DNA of 64,000 bases from Phoronis australis (Eukaryota; Animalia; Phoronida), in NCBI GenBank assembly GCA_002633005.1, contig NMRA01000285.1:488970-552969 (forward strand). The letters are read 5' to 3'. The notes under the pieces were generated by a model, which was given only the letters and a program-made list of their open reading frames with translations, ran no database searches and had not been told where the DNA came from. The position numbers were made by a program, and so were the translations under genes. Within the stretch, counting starts at the first letter, position 1. The number at the start of each line of letters is the position of its first letter. Shown one piece after another: positions 37,817 through 52,800 of this stretch.

Positions 37817-40800
37817 CTGAAAAACAAATAAATCAATGTGTGAAGCCTCGAAAGCACTAAACGGTCGCTAAATCTTCTTCTTACCGCGTCAGGGGGAACG
37901 AGAGTCTTCATAGCAGCGGCGTTGCTGCGATTTTGTCTAGCTTCAGACTCTTTGGATTTGTGAAAATGTGACTAGTCGACACCTACTTTTTACCTGGTTT
38001 CTGGAGTGCGGAGAGTTTTGGGAGTCTGAATGCGCTGTCTTAGATAACTTCATGCAGTTATATACTTCCGGTAGTCGCTAAAGGTAAGAAAATGACTTGT
38101 AGATCTTCCGTTCGAGGCAAAACGCGTGTTGCTTTAAAGTCCTTATCTCAAAGGGCATTCTAGTTCAAAAACTTAAAAACATATACCAAATTAAGTAATA
38201 TGTAACATGGCATAATGTTCACATACTTTCTGTTATCAGACTAAAAGCCTTTTTAGCACAATTTAGTACCTCGGCCGAGATCGGGAAATCATCGACTTTT
38301 CCCGTTTATTTCCGTGACCTGAGTTCCTGTGTGTCAGTTCAGGAACGATTCCTGAATGCCAGCCATGTTGTCGTTGAAAACGTATTGACATCACCGTGAG
38401 CGTAAATGCGTTTTTACTTTGGTTGTTTTTATTTCCCATTTTTGGTCCTTTTTATACAAACTTGATTATTTGTTGTCTTAATTTTACCTGTTCTTTACAC
38501 TATGACGAATGGTATTTAATGCAACATCATAAGTTTGTGAAGTACCTTTGCAAAGTCTCCGGCGTAGCCAACGCTCGGCTACTGAGGTCAGCCCTGACTC
38601 ATCGCGAGGGTTCGTTAAATTAGCAACAGTACTCGTTTAGGTATTAAATCAGAGGAAAAAGTTTCTTGCTCAACAAATGTCTTATCTTTATCGCCATATC
38701 TTGAAATTGATGCGAAGTACCAGCCTAAAGTGAACAACTGCCGTGTCAAGGTGACTACCCGGACGTTTGTGCGCAGTGCGTAATTGGCAGCAAATTGGCA
38801 CCGGCTTTACTGGCCGTTTAAAATGTAAAATAGAAAAAAGGCATATTCATATGGCGATGTTTTGACAAACAAAAACAAGTTTTATCTCAAAACAGTGAGA
38901 TCCACATCTGTGCTTGATTTTGCTACCAGGACACAGTAACCGGCGAAGTAATTCCCCGGCCTACAGTAGCCGTGACTGTTCGCCGGGAAAATAATCACTT
39001 GGTAAATTGGCTTTGACTGAAAACGGGAAGCTATTCACACACTGTGAAAACTCGCAAAACGGCGCAGAAAGCCTTCTTGGCGTGAAAATTTGTATTGAAG
39101 TGGAAGTTCTACCTTGTTCACCTTTCATGGCCAGTTCTACGGTGGCAGTTAGTTGCATGGTCTTGCTAAGTGAAAACGGGAGCTAAAGTCACTCATCGGT
39201 GAGGACTAATACCAAATTGACCTTACTTAAAACTACTGTAGGAACCAACATTGGTTCCTAGCTTAAAATCGTTCATTTAATCGTTCACGATAACTCATAA
39301 CTTGTCGCGATGCTGTCAACTCAGGCTTCTTTCACAGTAAAACAGTTGTCAGTTTTTTACCTCCGGAAATCCACTTTCATATTGCGTTACTGGCGGTAAC
39401 AACTGGTGGTGAATCCGGGGTGCGTCTATCGCCTCCTTTATGTTTTCACCAAACCAAAGAGCTCTCATGATCACCTAAGGAAGTGAAGATAAAGAGTATA
39501 CTTTCTTGTTTACGTATTATCCCATTTTCCTGCACAATTGTATATCTATACGAACAAAAAGAAGTATTTGTATTTAGTTACATGCCAAATAGTGCAGAAC
39601 GTGATTTTTAAAGTTCGACCATGTTTGCCAAAGTTAAAATCTTGACAGATGTTGAATTGTGACCGAACAGCAACACACGTCATACTCTATGCGTACAGTA
39701 CATGCGCCGTTTTTCAATTACACTTTCAGATATAGCCACAACCAAATAACTCTGACGCGAATTCTTGAGTCGCTGATGTTTTTGATGATTTTCTGGGCCC
39801 GGTCTCCAATCTTTTTACTTGAAATGGTACTCGAAATTAGGTTTGGCATTTTCTGCTCAACTTTTGGGCGAACTCAAGATAAGTGTCTATTATTCTATGC
39901 TCGAGTACACAATAACTTACGTAGATAATTTATTGCCCTTAGTTCACAGTTTGTAAACCCAATATTAAAGCAATAAGTTCGAGTTTTAACTCGAAATTTC
40001 GAGTTTTTACTCGATTTTGTAGCACGAATACAAGGGTGTTCAAGGGCAAACTTGAATTAGAAACTCCTATGCATAAACTATAATGTATTCGAGCACAGTT
40101 TGATAACCAATTATCTTAAGTTCGCACAAAAGGAGCAGAGAAATTGCTAAAAATAGTTTCGAGTTCGTTTCGAGCACAAAGATTAGAGACCGTGCCCTGG
40201 TAACGGAAATAATATTCCGTCATTGTGATGAGACCGATTTCTTGAAAAATAGGCTTAAATGAATTTCTTTTTAGCCAGCTAAACAGAACGAAGTACACGC
40301 TCAAATAAAGGAACCAGAAGAGCAATGATGATGGTACATTGCAAGTCAAGCTAGAGGTCAAGGTGGCTATCGCTGGCAAACAAAAACAGAAGAGAATTGT
40401 TTTTGAAACAATTACAAATCATCACTGTAAAAAAGAAACTTTATCTTTGCGCCCATGCGTATACTTACGTATGCTGTGGATGTTGTTATTTTCGATCCAC
40501 CGGAAGCTCCCACGACTAACTGGACGTCACCATTTCCGTCAACAAATATAGTTGGGCAAATCGAAGAAAGGGGTCGCTTTCCTGGTTCAATGAAATTAGC
40601 AGGTGACGGATGAATCCCAAAGCCGTTAATAATATTCGGAGAACAGAAATCGTCCATTTCGCAATTGAAAATAATACCCGTTCGTCGACCTTTTACCATT
40701 GACCCAAAACTAAAAACAAAACAATCATGAATCACAAGCACGTTCCATCATTTGGGCCCAATTCGACGTTAAGCACAAATCACAAATTACAAATAACGTC

Positions 40801-43800
40801 TGCGCTAACCTGCGCAAAAGCAAAAACATCTGTTGGATTAATCCTATCAATTCTGTAACCACGTACAACCTTACTGCGTGTTTATTGTACTCGTAATAGA
40901 GACAGCATCTCCATTGGGTGCCATTATTGAGGCGTGCGCCGTGCCAGTCAACTCGCGGTCCAGAAAAGTTGGTCCATAGTACTCGAAAGTATGCGTCATG
41001 TTGTCCCATATCTTATTCCGTATTTCTTCTGCGTAAGCCTTACTGGTCAGGTTGGCAATTAGCTGTTAAACGTAAAAGAATAGTATTTTCACATTCAAAT
41101 GACGACTATGAGCTGTTTAGTTTTAGTTTTAATATTCCACTGAGGACAAAACACCGTAATGAATCAACAGGGTAGCGCGTGACTTTGTAGTGTCTTATTT
41201 CTAAACAATTTCGTTTTCCAATCGCATTTCCCAGGTTCCTTTCCAGGGCATATCAAGTTTTACAACTTTTGCTTTCTTCGATGCAAATATGTTTAACTTC
41301 AGGCAACTTAGATCATAAAAAATGTGAGTCGTCGGGTATAAAAATTGTGCGGAGGTTTGAAATATCCACCTTCCAGTATATATGTTTAAAACTAACATCA
41401 CAGCGAATACAGTGTCGCAGTGTACTATGCCCTTGCTGTTTTTTCGTCTCTTTACAGGAACTTTATCACACTTGTATGCAATGAAATTACCTTTTCAGAA
41501 GTCAATCTCGTATACAACACTTATAGAATGTACGGCAGCGTCATTTGTTGCCTAGTCTTATGGAAGCTTCACCAATTTCGTGTTCCTCAAATCTAAATGC
41601 CAAAATCATGATTGTGTGTCCAATAACTGGGATTGCCTACTTTCGGGTCTCAACAACAATGCAAAGAAACTACTGGCAACCAGTTATAGGAAAACTTCAC
41701 TAACCGCGCTGATGTCAACAAAGTTTTCGTCTCCCAAGTCTGTCCTTTTGGCGTACGCAAACTTGAAAGCCTCGATGATCCTATGGTACGTTAGAACAGG
41801 CTCTTTTAGCAACGAATCTGTCTTCATTTTATACCCTGGAAGTATTTGGTCGACGGAAAATGAAGTTGATTAGCACAGAAATCCAAACACGGCTCCGTAA
41901 GTGATGCGTTTATGGGAGTCCCTGAAGTCACCAGGAGAGGTAGTGAAAATAATTGAATGTACCAGTGAATATGCCAAGTATCCAATAACAACTGCTGCAT
42001 GTGCAGCTACAGCAAAAGTAATAACATTCGGACGCAGCAACAATACTAACACTAACTGCAGTACGTGGTACAAAGACGGAGTCGTGCGATTTGCTTAATA
42101 CGTTACCGTCATTGAAAAGCATTTGGGTCGCAAACATAGTTTGAAACAATTTTGTGTGGCTGAAATATTTCTAAAATATTAGGATCTTTCGACACAAGAG
42201 CATATTCAAGATCAAAGAAATAAATTGCGAATTCGTCAGCACACATGTAATTTTCTGCAATCACACACAGGTTGATTGTAAGAAGTGTATCTTACCATCT
42301 AAAATATTTAAGATCAACCCCAGCACGATTCCGCTTGCTGGTGGTCTCACCGAGTAGAGCTTTAATCCTCTAATATCGAACGTCATTGGTTCTTTTTCTA
42401 GAACCCTATAATTCTGCAGGTCTTCTATTGTTATTATACCGTCTGAAATCAGGGAAACCAAAAACACGTGGGTGAGTGTAAACACAAAAACGAAAGGATC
42501 TTCCAAACACCTCGGTTCGAGAAACGTTTTTCTCACATGACCTGGATGTGTTACGACACGACTGGTTAACACCGAGTATTTTTTGATAATACAAGGACGA
42601 TTCACAAAGTAGTGCAAAGTAGAAATCCATACGCCTCACATTGTGTCGTCTGGAAAACTAAATCAACAAAACGCGCGCAACCAAGCAATGCCGGAATTCC
42701 GTGAAAGTGCAGGTTATGATTGACAAATCGGTTGACGCAACTGCACGCAATCCCAGTCGGAAGGACATGCAAACAACTTCTTAAACGGACCCATCTCCGG
42801 CGGCGATTTCCATATCCACGTTCATTCAAACGGAGACGATCTCGACTCAAGAAACGCTTTGAGACTGTCCAGCTGTGCTGTCTCAAGGTCAATTCAGTAC
42901 TCGTGTGAGGTTAAGCCTTTCTCAGTGGCGGATCTAGGATATCACAAGGGGGGCCAACATTTTTTCTGTAAGCACTTGCGCAAACCACGATTGTAGATGC
43001 GCATAGCACCGAATGGGGGCCCCCCTCCCGCCCAGGAAATTTTTCTGTTTTTTCATCTAAAAATCAAGCATTTTTCTTGTTTCCTGAAGTATTATCCAAG
43101 ATAAAAATTAGAACGTGTCAAACAGGAAGAAACTGCACCCACCGCAGACTCGAACTCACGACCCGCGCGTGCTTTACCACTACACCACCACGATTTAACT
43201 CGTAATCTGATTCTAAGAGACCTACTTGTTTATGGTCCACAGCGTTTGCGCGCGAAATCTACTTCTTTTCGTAATGCTTATTACACGTTTTGTATTTTGT
43301 GCACTCGGTTCGTAACAAATTTGCTGTATTTAAAATAGTCTTCAAATGCCCAAAAGACCAAATCCGTTTTTCGTGTTGGCAATAATGACGAGATTGCTTT
43401 GGAAATCGTCTTAAGTTAAGGTTTAACAAAGAGAGAATTATGAGTTTCTGAGTGATTCACTAATTAAGGCTTGGATTAAATTCACATCTTACCAGCAGCT
43501 TGTGTTTTTTCATCGTCACTCAGGTTCCATTTTCTTTAAAAAATGAAGAAAATTTTCTTCCTTGCATAGTGGAGCAGACGACGGAAACGGAGTCGTAGTG
43601 CGCAGCGCCACTGCCGGTCGTCTGGGATATCGCGGGAGAGCCTATTATATAATTATATACTTAGCCATAGTTCCGTTACAACTGCGCCGTGTTCCGAATT
43701 TGACACTTGAAATTGGAGCTGAGCCCCCCACCCCAACACTAAAACTGCACACATTTAAATCTTCTTTCATCCGTATAATTTTAATTACCTGGGTTAATTA

Positions 43801-46800
43801 ATAAACTCAACATTTCCCTACGCTCTTGCTGTTTTATTTTTTGCGGCATCCAGGGGAGGGGGCGGGCCCCCTGCCCCCCTAAATCTGCCTATGTTTCTGA
43901 CTGTTATTTATTAACATTTGCCCATGTCATAAACCTGAGACGAATGTAGGATTGCCTGTCACTGAAATGTCGTTAATCATGTCTTCTCATTGGTTCAAGT
44001 AATGAAACCGACATGATAACATTCAGTCATTCCCATCAGTTGAAATCTGGGAAACCCCTGTCAGTTTACTGTTACGTATTATGGCCACCACCTTTGACTT
44101 GAGTAGTTGCAATTTATTAAAACGGGCAGTGTCCGAAGTATACAAAATCAAGAAAACCCCGATCCCGTGGCTAAACGCAAACAAGTACAGTGCACTGAAG
44201 GCGTGTGCAAGTGGTGGCGATGTGATCGATAAATTTCCGACCAAGCATGCGCATTGATGCCTACACGGAATTCCATGTGTCGTTCATCATGTTTCCACAG
44301 GGCCACTTTTTAGTATATAGGTGGCGCTGTGTCAGAGGGTGAGGGACACCTTGATCCTTTATACCTGGTTACTACAAAACCTCCTGATATGCCGCGTGAC
44401 CTATAATGCTCCATCTGCTAGCAGAGACCGATTGCAAATTTTGTTCAAGATCAAGAAACGGAACATCATATAAGATTAAAACGCTTTTCAGAAATCTTAA
44501 CCATTAATGGAAATTTGCATAAAAAGTGAAGCATTCACGTGTCACGAGGTACAAGGAATGTGCTAACTATGGAATATAAACATACTGCTTTCTTTAATGT
44601 CATTCACAATGTCCTCAGAAAGACTTCCGTTGTAAAACGCATTGGCGCCCTCCTCAGCTATTATTCTCAATGTGTGAGCTAATTTTGCGCGGTACATTGT
44701 ATCTCCCTCTTTTAGTAGATTTCCATTGTGCTCGTCCGTGAAGACCTCTCTGAAATTGAAATACAATTTGTTTGAATACACAAAACTGCAACTATTTTGT
44801 AGAAAGGAAATTGAATGTGTCAGTCGCCGACTGGAACAATTTTGCTTGATTTCTGTACACAACAAACAGTTAATACGTTCAAATTAGGGGTACTGTCTCG
44901 TTGCCAGTAGGCCCCAGGAGTTATAACATTATGGGGGGATTTCAGGCAGCGGAAGGGTTACGTTGGTGCTAAAGGAGGACGGTGGCTCGAGATATTTTTA
45001 AATAGTGTTATTGATATATAGAAACGTATATGCAAGGGAGATAAAAAGCACGCATACACACAGGCACACACGCACAAACACACACATGCATAAACACACG
45101 CATAACAAACAAATATCAATTTGAGATGTATCTGGAAAGGTTTAGTTAGTCAATTATTATAGAATACCTGTCATCTTTAAAGAGTTTCCACCATGACAGG
45201 GGTAGCTCACCATGGGGGGCTGGGGGTCTAAAACCCCAAATTTTTTCAGTACCGCGCAGCCCATGCCATGACCCTTTGTCTCAACACAAATTTTATAAAG
45301 GTTACATGAACCTTATTTACCAGGTTACACTTATGTGGAAATACCTTACATTTTGTAACTCCTACAAAGTATATATTTTCTGAAAGGTGAATAATTTTCG
45401 TAGCAAAATTTATTATCCTTATTTACTTGTCTTTATTTTTATGAGACATGCATTTTTACTACTTTTTGAATTTGAGCAGAGATTCTAAAGACCAATTTGG
45501 TCTTTTGTGAACATGTTGATAACGGCATTTTCGAGAGAACTATGTCTCAGGTTTTTGAAATAGATCATTGTTTTTTAATTAACCACTTTTTAGAGCAATT
45601 TGAGCAAAAACGGCCGACGTACTATTGATTTTAAAGGCTTCGTTCTGAAAAATGGGACCTAATTCGAGATTCTTAGACCAGTTTCCTTTAGAAGGGTATC
45701 AAATAGCCAACCGTTCGAAATTTCATAGCAATCCGTTCCCGCATCGCCGAGAAATCGATTCTCAAATATTGAAAGAAACTCCAAAATCGCAACGCGAGAA
45801 ATCGGTAACAACGCACGGCGGTGATCGAGATCGAAGTGCACAATCAGACTTTTCATGAGTTTATTGACTGTGACAGCTAGTACTTTTTATAGGTACTCGG
45901 GTGACATGGGTCGCTGAGATGATAAGAGCGGTGGTTACTCCGAAGATACCTGGATTATACATTCTAACTGATAACCAACCTGAGTTGCTCATTTCCCAAA
46001 ATTTGATGTTTGGACGTAGCCATAGATTTTGACAAAGCCACGCCAACTTTAAAGCCTTCTTCGCAAAACTTAATTGTAGGCTCAAACAGCGTCTTCCACG
46101 GAAGTTTGCCAAACTTCTGGTGAGCTGCCCAGTATCCGGCCAACTCCCCTGGTACACCGATTGATAATCCTCCTAGAACAATATCAAGCATGACTTTCTG
46201 AAGTAAGCTCAAAGAAAACAAAATCACTTAATATCTTCGATAAAAAATTAATCAACGCCGAAAATAGGCAGTGTTGTGCTACTGAATAATATACACAATG
46301 TGACGTTAAGGATATTTCAAACCTTATTTAATGACCTTCATTTTAGCGCCTCATGTATCAAAAAACAAGCTATGTCAACTAGTAATAGTATATATTTTCT
46401 GACAGGAAAAGATCATTCAGAAATTATAAAAACACGAACTGTCAGTATTATTATTTCGTTGATACCTTTACAAGTCAAAATTTCATTGTCAAGAATGCTA
46501 CATACACAGCAAAATAACCCCTTGGTAGATTTTAATGAAGCCATTTTTAAATGAAAACTTCCCAATTAAGCTCCAAAAAGCTTTTAAAGGCGAAGGCAAC
46601 CCTTTTTCATGTCATTTTTAGTAAAAATAAGGCTGGTTGATTTTTTCAGACTTATTTTTCACTTAATTACAACTTTTTTAATTTAATTAATTACTCGCCC
46701 TCTACTCAGGAATTGGACGTTTTGGAAGGCAAGAATTTCGCGCCAGTTTGTTCCTGCGTTGAGTTTACTGTGAGGATCTGTACTACTTTTGTTTTCGTGC

Positions 46801-49800
46801 CGTTTTTCTAAAATTGTCGCCACCAATTCCCATCGACGAGTATTCTACTACAAGCTAGGTTGTTACAGAACTCAATTACGTTGGATTTAGGGATTGTTTA
46901 GTTTGTAGTAACCTGAAAATGGCTGGAGTCGGCGGCCCATATTACAGTGACAGTAGTGACGTGAGTAACGGACAGTCATAGACAGTCAGTGAGTGGGTAT
47001 ACATGTATGTTTGAACCCGAGTATAATGAGGGAGAGTACGTACAGGCACAACCGTCCCACTTTCGCGAGTGTCCCGCGACACACTCCAACCGGATGGTGA
47101 CTTGAGCACACAAACTGCTTACATCCCGCCGCGTGACTCCCTCGCCTCACACCTGGCACTTCCTAAGTAGCTCCAATATTTTAGACAAGCCCACAATAAA
47201 CTTATCAAAGTTTGGCTCACCGATCTGTTTATTGGAGGACGAACTGGCATCTTCACTGGTTGTCGAACTGGGCCTGTATTCACTCCCACTAATCAACATC
47301 GCTGCAGAGCTGCTTACAGGCTCTCGGCTAGAGACAACGGCAAAGGGCATCTTACTGCTAGTTCCCAGAATTGCACGCTCTGTACGTTCGGCGGCCCGAG
47401 TGACAATAGATGAAGTGCCTCCAGTCACTGTAGTGGCCACAGCTCGCAAGGCTTCTCGCTTCAAAGGCGCACTTCTCGGGGGTGGCGACGGGGCTCTGCC
47501 GGAAATCAACAGCGACGGTATGGCACCCTTCTTCAGGCGTTGTTTCACAGGGACCTTCATTAATTCAGCGTACATATCTCTCACGTAATCTGACGACAGA
47601 AAATGCTTGCCACACACTGGATAACCCTCCACTGCTTTGTTCGTTGTGTGGACGGGTAACGCTGCATTCTTCACACGAACGAGCCAAGTACGGCGAAGTG
47701 TGTCATCCTTCGGAAAGCGATGCACAGGTACTCCCAAAGCGCGCGCGAGACGACAATGAGTACTCAGCAACAGTATGGCATGTTGACTGACTCAAGCAAA
47801 CGACGACCTAACTTATCACAACCGAGGTAGAACAATGACTGACTCGACAGACCTCACATTCAAACTACATGAAAAGAAATGGCGCGAAATTCTTGCCTTC
47901 CAAAACGTCACTTCCGGAGTAGAGGACGAGCAATTAATTAAATTACGGAAAGCTGTAACTAAGTGAAAAATATGTCTGGGATAATCAACGAACCTTATTT
48001 TTGCTAAAATGACATGAAAAAGGTTGCTCATTTAATTTCTATGCCAAATTAATTCGCAAAATGTTCGGTATTTTTGGAAAAATAGCTGTTGTATTCGTCT
48101 ATCTTACGTTACGCAAAAACTAGTTGTTTAAATTTGAAAATCCCAAAAAAGTTTTGGACATTCATGATTTAAAGTTTCAATGAAATTCACCGAGCCGTTT
48201 TCGAAACTTCGTGTTTCTAATTTGAAATTTAGTCGATTTGCCGAATCCCAGAAAAAGCACAAAACGTAGCGAGTTTTTAAAATCTGATGGTTATCGCTTA
48301 ATTATTCGGTGAAAACTTGTTTTAAGTCAATAAAACTTATATATCCCCTAGCCATGTTCGCTATATTTCAACATTCACTGGCAATGTCAACTGAAGTTGC
48401 AGTGCGTAATTAAACGCGGGTCGTATGCATGCAGACGCACGACACCCTCAGGATCAAAATTACGTTTTGTGTTAATTTACCCCGACATCTTTCTATCCTA
48501 TGTAACCTCGTTTACTCAATATTATGGCGAATCGGTGAATGAAAGGACCGAGGGTAAATACGAAACTACTCCATTCCTGGCGGGAGATTCGACTTGAGTG
48601 ACAACCTTGTAACCTCTGACCTCGGATAAGTGCTGTAGTAAACAAATTTCCACGCGGTTGCCCGATTCCAAGGTGGTTCTGCTAATTCTTTTTTCTCCCT
48701 ACACGGTAAATATTTGGTATTTGAAGTTCCCCGAGAACGAAGATATTTTGATAGGCACATGTGAAGTATTTTAAAAACGACCAATTTTTGTGAATAAGGT
48801 TTGAGATATCTTCAAATCGAAAAGGATTGCAACGAGCAATTTTCCCTAAGCTAGACCGACAGACCTAAAGAAAAAAATATTTTGACAGTAACAGAAATTC
48901 AAAGTCTCTACGAAAAAACTGTGAAAACACCTGGTGAACAGACCTCTGTTTCAGTGACAGAAAACCACTTTGAATGTGCAATTTAGTCTGTTTTTCACGT
49001 TCTATGCCATTTTAGTCGTCCAAAAGTATATTACGTTGACACACTACAGTTAGTTACTAGGTAAGCCTTTCACGGTTTTGTATGTCGCGGTCACTGAAAC
49101 TGCGCAATAAAACTACCTCTTTCGATTAACTTTACAAAATACCTTTCTTCTTTATGAAAACTTCGAAAAGCCAACGCGAACAGGACCAAGCCACCCTGAT
49201 TCTTGAGTTAACACAAGGAACGATATAAACCGAATCAGCAGGAATCCATTACGAGGAATTGAAAGGACAACTGTTTTGACGCATTTGAACTTGATTTCAA
49301 ACGTATTTTTAAAAAAGTAAATGGTAATGTTATCGGCAATCCAAGCATTGTGATTTAAAGTTGAAGTCGTAGCCTATAAAATGACACCCACCAACTCGGT
49401 CCCCGTATACTGCATATTAGTGGCGGTATGGTGCTTAAAATTGAATCTGAAAAAGGCAATTTAAATGTTACAAGCCATTTTCTTGTACTTAACTGCCTTA
49501 AAACGCTTAAAAGAGAGACACAGCTGCTCCTTTAATATATTTACTTCAAGACATTCAAGCTTACCCTCAGCGGCTAATGCCGCGTTCCCTTTATACATAT
49601 TTGCAGTAGCGGCCCCAGGAGCTTCTTCTCGAAAGTCAAATGTTGTGACATTTTTGTTTTCCCTGAAATGAAATAAAAAGTATCGGTATTGAGCTACAGG
49701 TACGTGACCATGCAGTGACTTGTACAATTGAGATAGGGTGATTGCTGTTAGATATCATGGAATTCACCTAATTGTCCAGACCTGACTGTAACCTTTTGAC

Positions 49801-52800
49801 TCGAGGTCTGCTAATCGAAATTGGTAATTTAGCTAAAACTGTGTTTGGGATCAACAATATATCTGAGACAAAATTAGCCATCATCATCAACAACATAACT
49901 TTCGTCTTCGTCGTCGTCATCATCATCGCCTTCATTAATGGCTTTGATTATAGGTAACGAAGATTTCCGAAAGTCCCCCGTTAATAGTCCCCACAGGACT
50001 CTTTCTGAAACAAGGTGCGAAAAAGCTTTCGGTGGACTGTTTCGAGTCAGATATGGAGGATATTTACAACTCATCAGCATTTCGAGACCTGACAATCAAA
50101 TGGACATTAATATTTAATGAAATGGAGCTTTGGCGAACCTAGGATATCATAGGGGGAGGGGACAAACAAAGGAAAAGTGCACGTTTCGTTAATTGGTCGA
50201 GTTCGTGTGGGGGTCTCGGGACAATGGCCCCACCTAAATCAGTTTTCGATACCATGTGATACCAACACTATTCTCTATCAAACTATATTTTGACCAAAAT
50301 GATTACTGCAACTCTGCAAGTTTCAGATACCGATTTCTCACTTTTAAAAGAATTGTTGTAATATTTCAAGACAACTTCTTGTCAACAGAGGCATCGTATC
50401 CCTTTAAGTATTCAAGTCGGCGACAGTTCCAAACCTCCATATCACAACATATTTTAAAGGCCTAGCAATGCAAGTTTCATCGAGACTCCCGCCATTTTAT
50501 TTAAAGGAACGTCCTGTTGGGTGTGCTTTCTGTGCTCAAAATCAGTGGGCGGTTAGGGGAAATCACAGCCTCAACCATGCAACTTTGTCAAACGTCAATT
50601 ATTTATTGCATTGCAACATACAGTGTACATGAATTTGATTTACTGTACTTGTTATTCTGCCGAGCTGTGAGCCTCAACATGTCTGCGGCGGCCATCCACA
50701 GACACTTTCACAAGATGACAACGATTTGCACATCCAACAGTACCAAACACGCGTACCGTACTGTGTTTACCTGTCGTAAACAATCATGAATGACCCTCCA
50801 CCAATGCCGGTACTTTGTGTGTTGAGTACACCAACACAGATCATCGTTGCAATAGCCGCATCTACCGCTGAACCACTGTGTTTTGCCATCATGCGTCTGG
50901 AATTAGAAAATTTTGAAACATGTACAACCGTATGATGCATGCATGTACACGTACGTTGCATAACTTACAAAACTATGTTAAGTATTCCTGGTTCATCACC
51001 TATTGAAGATATTGTCTCGTTTATTAACATGAAATTCTTTGTTTGATATAAGTCTAAAATACAGTGCAGCCTTGTTTGACTCCTTTGCTTTTTAGAGCAT
51101 TACTCTTGTAAAACTTTTTAGTTGAAAATGACCTTTTCGTTTGACTACTAAGCCCCGTTTACATGCATATGATGTTGTTTAAACCTGAGTGTATGTTTAC
51201 ACAGGAATGTACTTTTACTTATTGCTGACGTTTTTGTTGAGTAAACGAAATACACACGGGTGTATAGCTGTAGATTTGGGTGTACTTTGTGCCACCTTCT
51301 GAGGTCGTGTAAATGTACGTTTACACACGTGCACATATATACACAAAACGTACCGAGAAAAGGCGTATATGAAGTAATATCCCACGAGACATTATTCCGC
51401 GTATCGATACGCGGAATAAGGTCGAGTATTTATCCCATACGCTTCGAATTCCTAAGTTTCTTACATTTTTCCGGCAATTTTTTTAAATACTTAACCCAGA
51501 CTGTTCACATGGCGAATCACATCCTGTATGTATGTACTTGCGCGTAAGGTTGCAAGTTTTCTCTAGTGAAAGAATGTTTTAAAAGTTCTGCTAAAAATGT
51601 TTCGTTTTAGTCAAATGCTGTTTTTTAACTTTACCTGGATTGGTCGGATAAAGTTGTTTTCTTTGCTGTTTCACGTAGCCTAGGCATAGTTCATCATGAT
51701 TTAGGGGGAGACCATTCGCAACCATTGAGCATTATTTTAAAATATGCAAATTAAGGTCGCCAGTATACAAAATTCTATTTTTGCTAATAATTTTCTTACC
51801 AAGCAGATAATTTTGACGTTTTTACCCATGTTTTCATGGTCAGTGAATTTAATAGTGCACGTTTTTTGATGAATACATTGTCAATTTGCATAAGTTATGC
51901 AAATTAAGGCCGTCATTATGCAAAATTCTGTTTTTGCTAATAATTTCCTTAACAAGCACTGCAGGCAGGTTATTTTGATGCTTTCACCCATGTTTCCATG
52001 ATCAATGAATTTAATAGTGAAAGTTTTTTGATGAATACATTGTCAATTTGCATAAGTTATGCAAATTAAGGCCGTCATTATGCAAAATTCTGTTTTTGCT
52101 AATAATTTCCTTAACAAGCACTGCAGGCAGGTTATTTTGATGCTTTCACCCATGTTTCCATGATCAATGAATTTAATAGTGAAAGTTTTTTGGTGGATAC
52201 ATCGTCATTTTGCATAATTTATGCAAATTAAGTCCGCCACTATTCAAAATTTTACTTGTTCTAAAAGCCATGGTACCAATCATCACAGGTGAATTATCAT
52301 GAAATTTGCACCTATGTTTATATGGTCAAGTAGTGTAATGAAATCATGAATGTTGTTGTATGATAAATTTGCAAAATGAATGCAAAGTAAGGTCACCATT
52401 ATTAAAATTATATTTTACTTAAAACGCCTTTACCAAGCACAATGTTTTTACCTATACTTCCATGGTCAGGGAAGTTAATGGACTTCGTTTGCTGGTAGAT
52501 ACATCGTGAATATGCATAATATATGTATATGTATATGCAAATTAAGGCCGCCATTATTCAAAATTCTACTTTTGCTTATAGCTGAAATACCAGGCACCCC
52601 AATCAAACTATTTTAACGTCTTTATTCAATGTTTCTGTGAAATCAGTTGGTAAGTTTTTGCATGATGAATTTTCATAATTTATACAAAAAAGGACACCAA
52701 TATTCCAAATACTGTTTCTGCTCATAATTTCCTTACGGACATTACATGTAGATTATTTTCAAATTTATCTCATGTTTTCATGAATATGCAATAATTGATA

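Noticed and set aside
43134-43192. Functional tRNA gene
   Set aside because: No anticodon arm and poor acceptor-stem pairing
47147-47770. Host THAP transcription-factor gene nested in GGT-B
   Set aside because: Enclosed by TIRs and a TTAA TSD, with the first zinc ligand frameshifted: a transposon remnant
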